24,000 bases of DNA from Methanothermococcus sp. Ax23 (GTDB taxonomy: Archaea > AGJL01 > Methanococci > Methanococcales > Methanococcaceae), in contig NZ_CP157522.1 in assembly GCF_049075655.1 (NCBI RefSeq), positions 628,817 to 652,816 on the forward strand. Direction: 5' to 3'. Below, in pieces: positions 8,083 to 21,244 of this stretch. Below the pieces are notes generated by a model. The model was not told the DNA's origin and made no database searches. It worked only from the letters and a program-made list of their open reading frames with translations. The position numbers were made by a program, and so were the translations under genes. How positions within the stretch are numbered: position 1 is the stretch's first letter; every line of letters begins with the position of its first letter.

Positions 8083-11000
8083 TTATCCCATTTTAAAGAA
8101 ATCTTCTATTTTTACCTGCTTATTCTTATCATTTTCAAATAAATTATCTATCCCTTCTTTAATTAATTCCAATCTCTGTTTTATGTAATCACTTGCGTTG
8201 TATTTTTCAGCCATTTTCTGAGAAACCTCCATATATTTTTCCACAGCTCCCTTTGAAACTGTTAATATCAATTTACTACCACATTTTGGACATGTTCCTT
8301 TTAATGGTATTCTTCTGAATTTTGCACCACATTTACATCTTACCCCCTGCCTTGAAAATGCTCTTAAATTTCCAATTAAATCAGGGACGAAATGAGATTG
8401 AATTACCTTTTCAGCAACGTCTCTTTCATCAGTTGCCCTTATTTTTTTCGCAACAGCCAATTGAGCCTCTGTTTTTTCAAGCATGGAACCTAATGTTTTA
8501 TATGCACAAACTAATGGTCCAACATCAACACTTGAAGTTTCATGGGTATATCCAATACCTTCATATTGGGATGGCGTGCCCAACCTATCCTCAACGGTTT
8601 CTATTAGCTGTTTAACCTCCTTAGGAGATGGCATTTCAAGTGTTTTTTCGTAGAATTCCAATGGATACTCCCAAACTGTATCCATGTTATGAACTTCTCC
8701 ATCAACTTCTTTTGGGTCAAGAAGTGTGGTTAATACAAGAGGTGCATCCATTTGCCCCCCTCTTTTATCTGGCAAAAATCGTTTGGAGAAGTTTAGAAAT
8801 GCGTCTAAAAGCAAGAATATACCGTCTTCGTCCCCATCACATTGGTATGTTTGAATATTTGAATTTATAACTATATTGTGATACTTCTTTGCATTTAGCG
8901 AATATACAAATTCATCCTCTGCCTTAACGATGGTTTTATTTCTAACTCTCACTATCCATCCATAACTGCAATCATTGGAATATATTGTTCGTCGGTGTTT
9001 ATGGAGTTCATACACATTCTGCTTTTTAGAAGATGTAAATCCAATTTCCTTAAAGAACATATGATAAAATATTGAAGTTATATTTAATGCATAAATCTTT
9101 GATATAGGAGCTCTTGTCCCTCTATTGTCATGATATTTTTTTACAATTCCATTTCTTTCATTTGCATTTTTATCAACTGTAATGTATGTTCTAATTCCAT
9201 ACTTTGCATTTAATAGAGTATCAACATCGAATAGCAATTCCTTATTTACACTATATACGCTTACTCTTGGCGTAGTTTTTAATGCTGTTCCATCCCCTGT
9301 GAAGTATGTTGAAAGCATCAATTTAACCTTTTCCTTTGGAAGTTTGAATATAAATGAAGGCACTCTTTTATTGTGTGCATTTGTTCCTGTCTTCAATATC
9401 TCAGTGAATAGCAAATATATTATTCTTGAACCAACGGTTATTTTTCCGTCTTTTTCATATATTCCAAACCCATCTCCAAATGCCTCATTTAATGCATCTT
9501 TAAGGTCTTTATTTACTTCCTCATCGTAATTTGAGAAGTTTATTTGATAAACGCTATTGGTCTTTCTTATGTAGCCCTCTGCTAAATAATAGCCAATTAT
9601 TTTTAATAACGGTTCGATTTTAATAATTCTTTTTATATTTACCTTGTCCCGTCTTACTGCAATAAATACATCCTTTGGAATATCAGATATATCTAATTCT
9701 GCATTTTTTAATATTTTTAACAGTAAATTCAATGGTATTGTGTCTTGTTTTATATATTTGGTGATATTTTTAATCAGTTTTCCTTTTCCCTTTTCATCCC
9801 TTTCTTTTAAACAGTCCTTTGGAATATTATTTTTTATCCAATCAGCTATTCCTCTAATTCTTATGAGCTCCCATATATGTTTATATTCTTCCTTTGAGAG
9901 CTCCGCCAACAAATCAATATATTCGATATCCTCTTCCTCAAAATCCAATTTTGGAATTAACATTAAGTCGTTTTCTTCAATATCCATTGCATTCTTTTTT
10001 ATAAATTTATCCTCTTTTTCATCATATATCATTACTGGATGGTCTGGCGTGGTTTCAAAACTTCTTCCTGTGTCGAGCTCTATATTTATAAGATGATTTG
10101 GAGATGGTATTTTTAAAACTTCCTCAATATCCGTTAAAACCATTTTTTTATTTAATGTGTCGAAGGAATAAACCTTAATATTTAGATTATTTTTTGGTTT
10201 ATTTTTAATATATGCCATATTTTCATAATACTCATTGTCATATAAATTGTAGAGCTCCTCAATTGTAATTCTTTTTACTTCCCCATTGATATTTACCAAT
10301 ATACTTGTATTTGGTGGGAAGCAGTTTCTTCTCTTTGATGCGTGGAAATATGGGTGAGCATATCCAACATTTGCCTTACAATATCCAATAATTCTACCTA
10401 CCATTCCCGCAGAAGTGTGCGGAGCCATTCCTATTACTAAATGTCCTATTAAGTCCTCTTTATTCTTTACATTGTAAAATCTGTCTGTTTTATAGAATTT
10501 TTCAAGTAAATCATCAATAAACTTCGTTGCATTTACAAAATACTCTGCACAAGAATTTGGAATGATTACATCCTGCACTTTTAATTCTATCACTTGATTT
10601 TCATCAGTTATAGGATTACCGTATATATCTTTATCATATCCTAATTCCTTCAATTTTTCAATGGAAACATTTATTTCACAAGGTTTAAAATGAGTAATAG
10701 GCACATCTGTGCAGTCAAACCTAAGGGTTCCATCCTTAAACACAAATACATCATTCATTGCCCTTAATATACCCTTTTCAAGTGGTTCAACTATTTTATC
10801 CTTTGAAGTCATACCTTTAATGCACTTTACATCGCCCGGTTTATTTATTTTTAGATTTTCTAATGCCTTATACCAATAATCCTTTAACGGGAGCTCTATC
10901 CTATTGGGTCCCGATAATTCCACATGAGCTCCACAAAATGGACATTTGTTATATAAACTTATTTTTCCACATTTTGGGCATTTTCCAGAATATACCTCTA

Positions 11001-13014
11001 CTGTATCAGTTTTTCCTTCCTCTACTGCTTTATTTATTAATCTAACAACGTTACCTGCATTTCCTATTGGGAAAAGACCATTTACTGGCGGCTTCATTTT
11101 TCTTGCAGCAGCTTTTTCAGGTCGCCCCATACGAGCTCCCACATAAACATAGGCATTTCTTTTAATCTCAAATGGTGATAGTAAATTTATAAAGTGCATG
11201 GCATTTTTTGATTTATTATATATTTCCGTTATATCCTTTATTAAATCTTGATTTTTTTCAACATCGTATCCTAATGAGTATAACAACGGATAATATTCAT
11301 CTATTGATATATATTTATTGATATTATTATTTTCTTCCTTATTCAATACATTATGACAGCATCCTATTAACTCCAAAACTCTCTTTGCCTTTGTATTTTC
11401 CTCATACTTTGGATTGTATGGGATTAACCATGCGTCATTTTCTTCATCATAGTATCCATTCAATAGATAGTGTCTAAGCAACAATATGTCTTCCTTTGAT
11501 ACATCATGCCAGTAGTAAGTATATCTTGGATGTAGTGGCGTTTCAGTTTCTATTGCAAATTTTACAGCTTCTTTATGGCTTGGATTATTTATAAATTCCT
11601 TTTTATAACATATATTCTTTGAAATTAGTATTTTTTCATACCACTCCTCGCACCAACTGCTTGGAAGTATTGAGTGGTTGTTTTCAAGGAAATCTCCAAA
11701 ATTAACTAAAATATCTCCTAAGAATAGTATCTCTTCCACAGAGTCCCTATATTCCAATGCCTTTTCAATTGTGTCTATTTTTATTACATTTCCATTTTTT
11801 AATTTCACAATAGGCGGTTCTATGCTATCTACTGGGACAACACATGTTGCCTTTCCCGGTCTTTCAGTTTTTAACTGAGTTCCAATAGCCATAAAGTCAT
11901 CTACCAAATACATAAGTGCAGGATGGAATCCATCCGTTGCAAATCCTGTATTTCTGCTTCTCCCATACCTTAATCTAAACCCCCCTGCTTTTGAAGGATG
12001 GGCAAAAACTGGTCTTCCCGCAATTACTTCCCCTATAAACTTTGTAATTGCTTCGATTTCAACATCGTCGTATAATTTACTATATTCTTCAAATTCTTCA
12101 TCATCCACTTCATTGACTTCATCGTCTAAGTTTTCCTTTTCGTTTTCATTTCCTTTTTCATCTTTTTTGCCCTTTAACTCCTTTAACCAATCCCATCCTT
12201 CAATTCCAAGTTTATCAACGTGCCTTAAAATTTTTGGAGCTTTTAAAAGCACACCTTCAACAAGTGCAAGGAGAGCTCCCCCTCTTATCTGATTAGTTTC
12301 TACTCTATCTAAATCCCTATGTCCGCTGACTTCAACATCGTCTGTGGCTTCCCCTGTAATTTCTATTGATATATTTTTTACTGCTGTTCTTATTTCCTCA
12401 GCTTTTGGAGAATACTGAAAGCTACCTACTTCTGATTGATATAAATCAACCTCTTCTACATATCTTTCTATTTCATCATCATTAGGTAAATATCTATTTA
12501 ATCCCATGTTTTTTCGGACATAATCACCAACAAGAACGGCTAGTGCCTGAGCTGTCCCTCCTGCACTTCTAATTGGTCCTGCAAAATATATTGCTAAATA
12601 CTCACTTCCATCCTTGTTCTTTTTTATTTTAACATGGGCAATACCTTCAAGGGGAGCTGCCACAATTCCTTCTGTGATTATTGCTAAGGCTGTTCTTACA
12701 GCCTGTTCCGCCAGTTCTTCCCTATTTCCACTGTTTCCAAATTTTCCCTCAACTATTTCTTTTGCAATCTCCAATGCAGCAGGTTCTTTACCGAGCTCAG
12801 AAACTAACTCCCTAATTCTCTCAGACACTCCTTTTGGACCTACAAGCCCTTCAACTCTATCTGCCATATCCTTCGCAAGTGGAATTTCTACAAAATCAGA
12901 TACATCATATCCTTTTTTTCTACACTCTTCCGCAATATTGTAAATTTCCTTAACATTCTCTAAAATATTTTTAAAATAAGATTCCATATTCTTAGAGGAG
13001 CTCACATGAAACAT
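8083..13014 (-). CDS. polC: DNA polymerase II (PolD) large subunit DP2, interrupted by an intein
   Basis: This is a 1643-aa ORF. The N-terminus ([16 protein letters not shown]), [14 protein letters not shown], the Zn modules (CPKCG..CPFCG and CKCG..CPKCG) and the catalytic KRRN|CDGDEDG motif are DP2 hallmarks. Removing the 494-aa insert leaves 1149 aa, a normal DP2 length. Confidence 0.95.
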   Translation of the reverse strand: MFHVSSSKNMESYFKNILENVKEIYNIAEECRKKGYDVSDFVEIPLAKDMADRVEGLVGPKGVSERIRELVSELGKEPAALEIAKEIVEGKFGNSGNREELAEQAVRTALAIITEGIVAAPLEGIAHVKIKKNKDGSEYLAIYFAGPIRSAGGTAQALAVLVGDYVRKNMGLNRYLPNDDEIERYVEEVDLYQSEVGSFQYSPKAEEIRTAVKNISIEITGEATDDVEVSGHRDLDRVETNQIRGGALLALVEGVLLKAPKILRHVDKLGIEGWDWLKELKGKKDEKGNENEKENLDDEVNEVDDEEFEEYSKLYDDVEIEAITKFIGEVIAGRPVFAHPSKAGGFRLRYGRSRNTGFATDGFHPALMYLVDDFMAIGTQLKTERPGKATCVVPVDSIEPPIVKLKNGNVIKIDTIEKALEYRDSVEEILFLGDILVNFGDFLENNHSILPSSWCEEWYEKILISKNICYKKEFINNPSHKEAVKFAIETETPLHPRYTYYWHDVSKEDILLLRHYLLNGYYDEENDAWLIPYNPKYEENTKAKRVLELIGCCHNVLNKEENNNINKYISIDEYYPLLYSLGYDVEKNQDLIKDITEIYNKSKNAMHFINLLSPFEIKRNAYVYVGARMGRPEKAAARKMKPPVNGLFPIGNAGNVVRLINKAVEEGKTDTVEVYSGKCPKCGKISLYNKCPFCGAHVELSGPNRIELPLKDYWYKALENLKINKPGDVKCIKGMTSKDKIVEPLEKGILRAMNDVFVFKDGTLRFDCTDVPITHFKPCEINVSIEKLKELGYDKDIYGNPITDENQVIELKVQDVIIPNSCAEYFVNATKFIDDLLEKFYKTDRFYNVKNKEDLIGHLVIGMAPHTSAGMVGRIIGYCKANVGYAHPYFHASKRRNCFPPNTSILVNINGEVKRITIEELYNLYDNEYYENMAYIKNKPKNNLNIKVYSFDTLNKKMVLTDIEEVLKIPSPNHLINIELDTGRSFETTPDHPVMIYDEKEDKFIKKNAMDIEENDLMLIPKLDFEEEDIEYIDLLAELSKEEYKHIWELIRIRGIADWIKNNIPKDCLKERDEKGKGKLIKNITKYIKQDTIPLNLLLKILKNAELDISDIPKDVFIAVRRDKVNIKRIIKIEPLLKIIGYYLAEGYIRKTNSVYQINFSNYDEEVNKDLKDALNEAFGDGFGIYEKDGKITVGSRIIYLLFTEILKTGTNAHNKRVPSFIFKLPKEKVKLMLSTYFTGDGTALKTTPRVSVYSVNKELLFDVDTLLNAKYGIRTYITVDKNANERNGIVKKYHDNRGTRAPISKIYALNITSIFYHMFFKEIGFTSSKKQNVYELHKHRRTIYSNDCSYGWIVRVRNKTIVKAEDEFVYSLNAKKYHNIVINSNIQTYQCDGDEDGIFLLLDAFLNFSKRFLPDKRGGQMDAPLVLTTLLDPKEVDGEVHNMDTVWEYPLEFYEKTLEMPSPKEVKQLIETVEDRLGTPSQYEGIGYTHETSSVDVGPLVCAYKTLGSMLEKTEAQLAVAKKIRATDERDVAEKVIQSHFVPDLIGNLRAFSRQGVRCKCGAKFRRIPLKGTCPKCGSKLILTVSKGAVEKYMEVSQKMAEKYNASDYIKQRLELIKEGIDNLFENDKNKQVKIEDFFKMG
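8842..10323 (-). mobile_element. Intein with a LAGLIDADG homing-endonuclease domain, inserted in the DP2 KRRN/CDGDED catalytic motif
   Basis: I read the junctions directly. AAC(N)-TGC(C1) lies at 10321-10323 (minus strand), and CAA(Q494)-TGT(C+1) lies at 8842-8844 / 8839-8841. Block A is [10 protein letters not shown] and block B is TTPDHPV. The LAGLIDADG motifs are [11 protein letters not shown] and [11 protein letters not shown]. The C-terminal block is [22 protein letters not shown], followed by Cys+1. Confidence 0.9.
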
Positions 13015-13118
13015 ATCTTCACCATATTATAAAATTGTAGATTTAGTAAAATAATATGTCCATCAAATATAAATATTAAAGTAAGTATTAAGTATATCTA
13101 AATATATAAATATATATT

Positions 13119-13130
13119 TGTAAAAAATAT
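13119..13130 (-). terminator. Oligo-T stretch after the RNase P RNA
   Basis: The minus strand reads AUAUUUUUUAC immediately 3' of the terminal helix. Oligo-T tracts act as archaeal terminators. Confidence 0.4.
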
Positions 13131-13374
13131 GGGCATGAGGACTATAGCCCGCCTTCTGTAATTTCGGCGACATTCAGCTAAGCGCTAAATGCTTGCACCC
13201 GTGCAGAATGGCCTCGTTTCACCGGCTCCTTGAAACTCCTCAATTTTCATATCATAGTCATCTGTTTCAAGGCCGTGTCGTTTCTATACACCATTCAATC
13301 CTTCTCAGGATATTATGCACATAATGGGTGGGCGGAGCTTCCTCCTAAATGGGAGTCGCCAGTCCTCTTGCCCA
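13131..13374 (-). ncRNA. rnpB: RNase P RNA (archaeal, type-M-like, about 244 nt)
   Basis: This is a GC-rich island with no ORF. The minus-strand RNA starts GGGCAAGAGGACU and ends AGUCCUCAUGCCC, forming P1. GGCGAC pairs with GUCGCC (P2). The CR-I-like element is GGAGGAAGCUCCGCCCACC. The CR-V-like element UUACAGAAGGCGGGCUAUAG is able to form P4 with CCGCC. GGUGAAACG and GGGUGCAAGC elements are also present. Confidence 0.85.
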
Positions 13375-13424
13375 TAGTTAATATATTGTAAAATTACATT
13401 ACACTCGAAAACTCGAAACTATAT

Positions 13425-13436
13425 TGGATAAAAAAA
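13425..13436 (-). terminator. Oligo-T (U7) tract immediately after the 5S rRNA
   Basis: The plus-strand A7 run at 13430-13436 gives UUUUUUUAUCC on the minus strand, directly 3' of the 5S gene. Confidence 0.5.
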
Positions 13437-13556
13437 TGGCTAACGGCGTCACCCTGTTCCCACCGAAAGGCAGTACTTAGGGTATCGCTGGAGGGCTTAA
13501 TTTCCGAGATCGGAACGGGATCGGATGTGGCACCTCCGCTATGACCGTTATGCCAG
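13437..13556 (-). rRNA. rrf: 5S rRNA
   Basis: The minus strand reads UGGCAUAACGGUCAUAGCGGAGGUGCCACAUCCGAUCCCGUUCCGAUCUCGGAAAUUAAGCCC...GGGAACAGGGUGACGCCGUUAGCCA. The ends pair to form helix I and the conserved CCGAUCUCGGAA loop region is present. Ends are accurate to within a few nt. Confidence 0.9.
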
Positions 13557-13570
13557 AAAAAATAAAGCGG

Positions 13571-13605
13571 GCATAAGCCCCTATATCTTTAAGTGTCCAA
13601 GTATC

Positions 13606-13615
<10 letters not shown>
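13571..13615 (-). other. 23S processing stem, 3' half (pairs with 16575-16618), containing a bulge-helix-bulge motif
   Basis: 13571-13588 is the exact reverse complement of 16601-16618 (18 bp), and 13597-13608 of 16581-16592 (12 bp). The central segments GGUG/CACU form a 4-bp helix flanked by 3-nt bulges (AUA and UAA). This is the canonical substrate of the archaeal splicing endonuclease. Confidence 0.85.
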
Positions 13616-16574
<2,959 letters not shown>

Positions 16575-16580
<6 letters not shown>

Positions 16581-16618
16581 TGGGATACTTGGATATCACC
16601 AGATATAGGGGCTTATGC
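16575..16618 (-). other. 23S processing stem, 5' half (pairs with 13571-13615)
   Basis: See the paired feature; I checked complementarity base by base. Confidence 0.85.
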
Positions 16619-16678
16619 ACAACCATCATCTTAAATCAGGTTTCAGTTCATAACCCGTGAGGATTATGAACCTCGTTA

Positions 16679-16751
<73 letters not shown>

Positions 16752-16759
16752 AATCCTCA

Positions 16760-16790
16760 GCCCGCAACCATTTAGTGCTTAGTAACGACC
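16760..16790 (-). other. 16S processing stem, 3' half (pairs with 18335-18365), containing a bulge-helix-bulge motif
   Basis: The transcript 5' flank is GCCCGCAACCA-AGUG-AUA-CUUAGUAACGACC. The 3' flank is GGUCGUUACUAAG-CACU-AAA-UGGUUGCGGGC. These give 11-bp and 13-bp helices around a 4-bp AGUG/CACU helix with two 3-nt bulges. Confidence 0.85.
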
Positions 16791-16798
16791 TTTTTTTC

Positions 16799-18269
<1,471 letters not shown>

Positions 18270-18334
18270 TATTTGCTAAGCATAGCTTAGCAAATACTCT
18301 TTGGAGTCGGTCAAAAAGTTTTTGGAATTGACTC

Positions 18335-18365
18335 GGTCGTTACTAAGTATCACTTGGTTGCGGGC
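18335..18365 (-). other. 16S processing stem, 5' half (pairs with 16760-16790)
   Basis: See the paired feature; I checked complementarity base by base. Confidence 0.85.
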
Positions 18366-18454
18366 TTACATCAAACCTGAGCTCCTTTTCTCTCAGGCTA
18401 TCATTGACTGCATAATATGATGGTGGTTTGGATGATGTATTGTTTTTAGGTTTG

Positions 18455-18485
18455 GAACAATATTATATATATGCAAAAATAATCC
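18455..18485 (-). promoter_or_regulatory. Candidate rRNA operon promoter (TATA-like box)
   Basis: The minus strand reads GGAUUAUUUUUGCAUAUAUAUAAUAUUG. It lies between the channel-gene terminator and the 16S leader and is the only strong TATA-like element upstream of the processing stem. The position is plausible but no transcription start is known. Confidence 0.35.
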
Positions 18486-18490
18486 TTCAA

Positions 18491-18523
18491 AAAATTAACA
18501 ATAACAATAAAAAAATAAAAAAA
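18491..18523 (-). terminator. T-rich tract after the K+ channel gene
   Basis: Directly after the TGA stop (18524-18526) the minus strand reads UUUUUUUAUUUUUUAUUGUUAUUGUUAAUUUU. Confidence 0.45.
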
Positions 18524-19540
18524 TCACTTATTCTTTACAATCTTTTCCAGATTATCAAGTTGTTCCGTAGTTCCAAACGCATAAAGCACATCATTAGAGG
18601 AGATTATAATATTGGGCGGTGGATTTGTTATCAACTCGTTGTCTTTTTTAATACCTATTATAGTAGCTCCACTTTCCTGCCTTATTCTCGTTTCAGATAA
18701 ACTCTTACCTGCCAGTCGAGAGCCTTCTTCAATCTTTATCTTTCTTATCTCTAAATCTTCATCATATTCATATTTAGCTATGGACATAAAAGTAGATACA
18801 AAATCAAGTATATCTGGCTTTAATGCAAGTTCCGCCATCCTTAAACCCCCTATAACATAAGGAGAAACTACCCTATCTGCCCCTGCAATTAAGAGCTTGT
18901 CCATGGCCACTCTTTCATCGGCTTTTGCAATAATATAAAGATTTGGATTAAGTCTTTTTGCAGATAAGGTGATATATACATTATCAGAGTCTCTTGAAAC
19001 TGTTGAAATCAGGCCTTTTGCTTCTTTTATCCTTGCCTTTAATAATGTATCATCAAGGGTGGCATCACCCACAATATAATTAAAATTCGGATTATCTTCG
19101 AGCTCATTTTCCAAAAGTTCCGCATTATTATCTATGACAACATATTTTGCTCCAGATTTTTCAAGTTTATCTGCAACAACTTTTCCACTTCTACCATATC
19201 CGCAGATAATATAATGATTTTTTAAATATTTTATTCTTTTATCCATGTTTCTCATCTGATTTGTTTTTTTAAAATAACCGCCTATAAAAAATTCAGCAAT
19301 ATTTCCCAAGGCATACAATCCTATGCCGACGCCAAATAATATATACATGGCTGAAATGAGTTTCCCCAGTTCTGTCTTTGGCACATAATCTCCATAACCT
19401 ACTGTTGAAATAGTGACTATTGAAAAATACAGTGCATCCAATGGCCTTAATCCTTCTATATTCATCATAACTATTGAATAGATTACAATCGCAACTCCCA
19501 TTACACCTATACTTAGTTTTATCCTATCTATAACTTCCAT
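18524..19540 (-). CDS. MthK-type potassium channel (2-TM pore plus RCK/TrkA-N and TrkA-C domains)
   Basis: It has the selectivity filter TVGYGD (STVGYGDYVP), two TM helices and an RCK Rossmann motif (IICGYGRSG). A C-terminal TrkA-C-like segment follows. The ORF track extends to 19621, but the ATG at 19540 (MEVIDRIK...) gives about 338 aa, similar to MthK. Confidence 0.9.
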   Translation of the reverse strand: MEVIDRIKLSIGVMGVAIVIYSIVMMNIEGLRPLDALYFSIVTISTVGYGDYVPKTELGKLISAMYILFGVGIGLYALGNIAEFFIGGYFKKTNQMRNMDKRIKYLKNHYIICGYGRSGKVVADKLEKSGAKYVVIDNNAELLENELEDNPNFNYIVGDATLDDTLLKARIKEAKGLISTVSRDSDNVYITLSAKRLNPNLYIIAKADERVAMDKLLIAGADRVVSPYVIGGLRMAELALKPDILDFVSTFMSIAKYEYDEDLEIRKIKIEEGSRLAGKSLSETRIRQESGATIIGIKKDNELITNPPPNIIISSNDVLYAFGTTEQLDNLEKIVKNK

Positions 19541-19653
19541 CTTACCACATATAATACATATAAATCCAAATACATCTATGAAAATATAAATAATAATGAT
19601 GTATAAATTAATTACTACCAACTATAAATTAATAAATATAATCAACATAAAAT

Positions 19654-21213
19654 ATGAAGATGATATTTATGGACATAGGCATAATTGATATAAAAGGTTC
19701 ATTACCCTGTTTTGAAAGTTTTGGGGGCCTACCTACAAAAATAATAGACGAAAACAACACTTCAGAAATTAAAGACTTAAACATGCTGATTATACCCGGT
19801 GGGAGTTTAGTTGAAAGCGGTTCATTGAACGAAAAATTAAAAAAACATATAATAGAATTTGATGGAATAATACTTGGAATATGTAGTGGATTTCAAATAT
19901 TATCTGAAAAAATAGATATTGGTAGAAAAAGTCCAGTTCCCATTGTTAAAGAAGGTTTGGGATTGTTGAATGTTGAATTTTCACCACTTATTTGCACAGA
20001 CGAAGTTAATTTTGAATTAAAAAATGACACTATTTTTGGAAAAAGCAATGATGCTGGAATGGGATTTCATTGCCACACATACGGCAATATAAAAATAACC
20101 AACAAAAAAACAAAACAACTATGTATTTCAAAAATTAAAAAATTAAACTACAAAATGGTTGGAGATGTAGATATCATATCCGGTGTTTATCATAAAAATA
20201 TCTTTGGAACAATGGTGCATGGATTTTTAGATAACGAAAATATAAAAGAAAACTTGCTTAATTCGTTAAATATCGACGAAAATGAACGAGAGTTGATATT
20301 TAAAAAAAATAAGGACATAACTCAAAAATTAAAATCTAAATCTATAATAAACACCAATACTAATATGGTAAATAGTAAGGTTAATATTAATAATAGGAGC
20401 TCCCCTTCAAAACATTCAAAAGAAACTAATGAAAAAAAAGGATTGATTCTTCTAGCAACTGGCTCCGAAAGTGGAAAAACTTTTCTAACAACATGTATAG
20501 TATCAAAATTGGATAAAAAAACATTTGTAGCAAAAATAGGTCCCGATGTGAGAGATATTGTTCCATCACTTTATATTTTAAGAGAACCTATGTCAAAATA
20601 CAGCAGTATAAAAATCGCAGATAGGGGCTGGTGTGATGTTGATGATTTTTTAAAATTTGTTAAAAATTCAGATTATACATATTATATTATCGAAGGAGTG
20701 ATGGGTGCATTTACAGGAGCATTGAACAAAAAAAATTATAGTGGAGCCGAAATATCGAAAATATTGGGATTCCCTGTATATATTGTATCATCATGCAGTA
20801 AAAGCGGTATTGAAGGAGCATTTGTGGAAAGTTTTGGATATTATTCATTATTAAAAGAGATGGGAGTTAATGTTAAAGGAATAATATTAAATAAAATTTA
20901 TAACTTTGAAGTATTTGAGAAGGTTAAAAAAATAGGAGATGAAATTGGATTACATATAATAGGAGTTGGAAAAGCAAAAATGGATAAAAGAGGTCTGATG
21001 CCAGAGGTTGAGATAGATTATGAAAACTTCTGTAAAAATGCCATGGATTTGGATATAAAGCTCGAAATTCCGAAAATTGAAATAGATAATAATAACGATA
21101 ACAATGCAAAATTAGAGGAAAACCTTTGCATTTCATCACCCTCCGCTCCGCTCCAAGAAGATAAAGATTTTGAATATTATTTAAAAAAATGGATTAATAA
21201 TCATTATTTTTAA
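19654..21213 (+). CDS. CobQ/CbiA-type amidotransferase with inverted domain order: N-terminal GATase, C-terminal DTBS-like P-loop ATPase
   Basis: Residues about 1-215 carry LIIPGGS...GICSGFQIL (Cys nucleophile), [17 protein letters not shown] and [12 protein letters not shown], matching the CobB/CobQ-type GATase pattern. An Asn/Lys-rich linker spans about 216-260. Residues about 262-450 carry [15 protein letters not shown] (P-loop), [22 protein letters not shown] and [15 protein letters not shown], matching the CbiA/CobQ N-terminal ATPase-domain pattern. Confidence 0.7.
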   Translation: MKMIFMDIGIIDIKGSLPCFESFGGLPTKIIDENNTSEIKDLNMLIIPGGSLVESGSLNEKLKKHIIEFDGIILGICSGFQILSEKIDIGRKSPVPIVKEGLGLLNVEFSPLICTDEVNFELKNDTIFGKSNDAGMGFHCHTYGNIKITNKKTKQLCISKIKKLNYKMVGDVDIISGVYHKNIFGTMVHGFLDNENIKENLLNSLNIDENERELIFKKNKDITQKLKSKSIINTNTNMVNSKVNINNRSSPSKHSKETNEKKGLILLATGSESGKTFLTTCIVSKLDKKTFVAKIGPDVRDIVPSLYILREPMSKYSSIKIADRGWCDVDDFLKFVKNSDYTYYIIEGVMGAFTGALNKKNYSGAEISKILGFPVYIVSSCSKSGIEGAFVESFGYYSLLKEMGVNVKGIILNKIYNFEVFEKVKKIGDEIGLHIIGVGKAKMDKRGLMPEVEIDYENFCKNAMDLDIKLEIPKIEIDNNNDNNAKLEENLCISSPSAPLQEDKDFEYYLKKWINNHYF

Positions 21214-21244
21214 GAATTATAACTTATAACTATCAAGGGATAGT

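Noticed and set aside
8322-12943. Several plus-strand ORFs of 60-150 aa inside the DP2 gene (for example 9182-9529, 9644-10096 and 12614-12943)
   Set aside because: These are antisense to a clearly conserved 1643-aa gene. Their Ser/Phe/Ile-rich composition is typical of shadow frames.
13403-13418. A tandem duplication ACTCGAAA ACTCGAAA between the 5S gene and the RNase P RNA
   Set aside because: There are only two 8-nt units. That is too short to call a repeat element or binding site without comparative support.
18428-18700. A 90-aa plus-strand ORF spanning the rRNA promoter region and the channel gene 3' end
   Set aside because: It crosses a terminator and promoter spacer and is antisense to the channel gene. 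It is Asn/Lys/Ile-rich and composition-driven.
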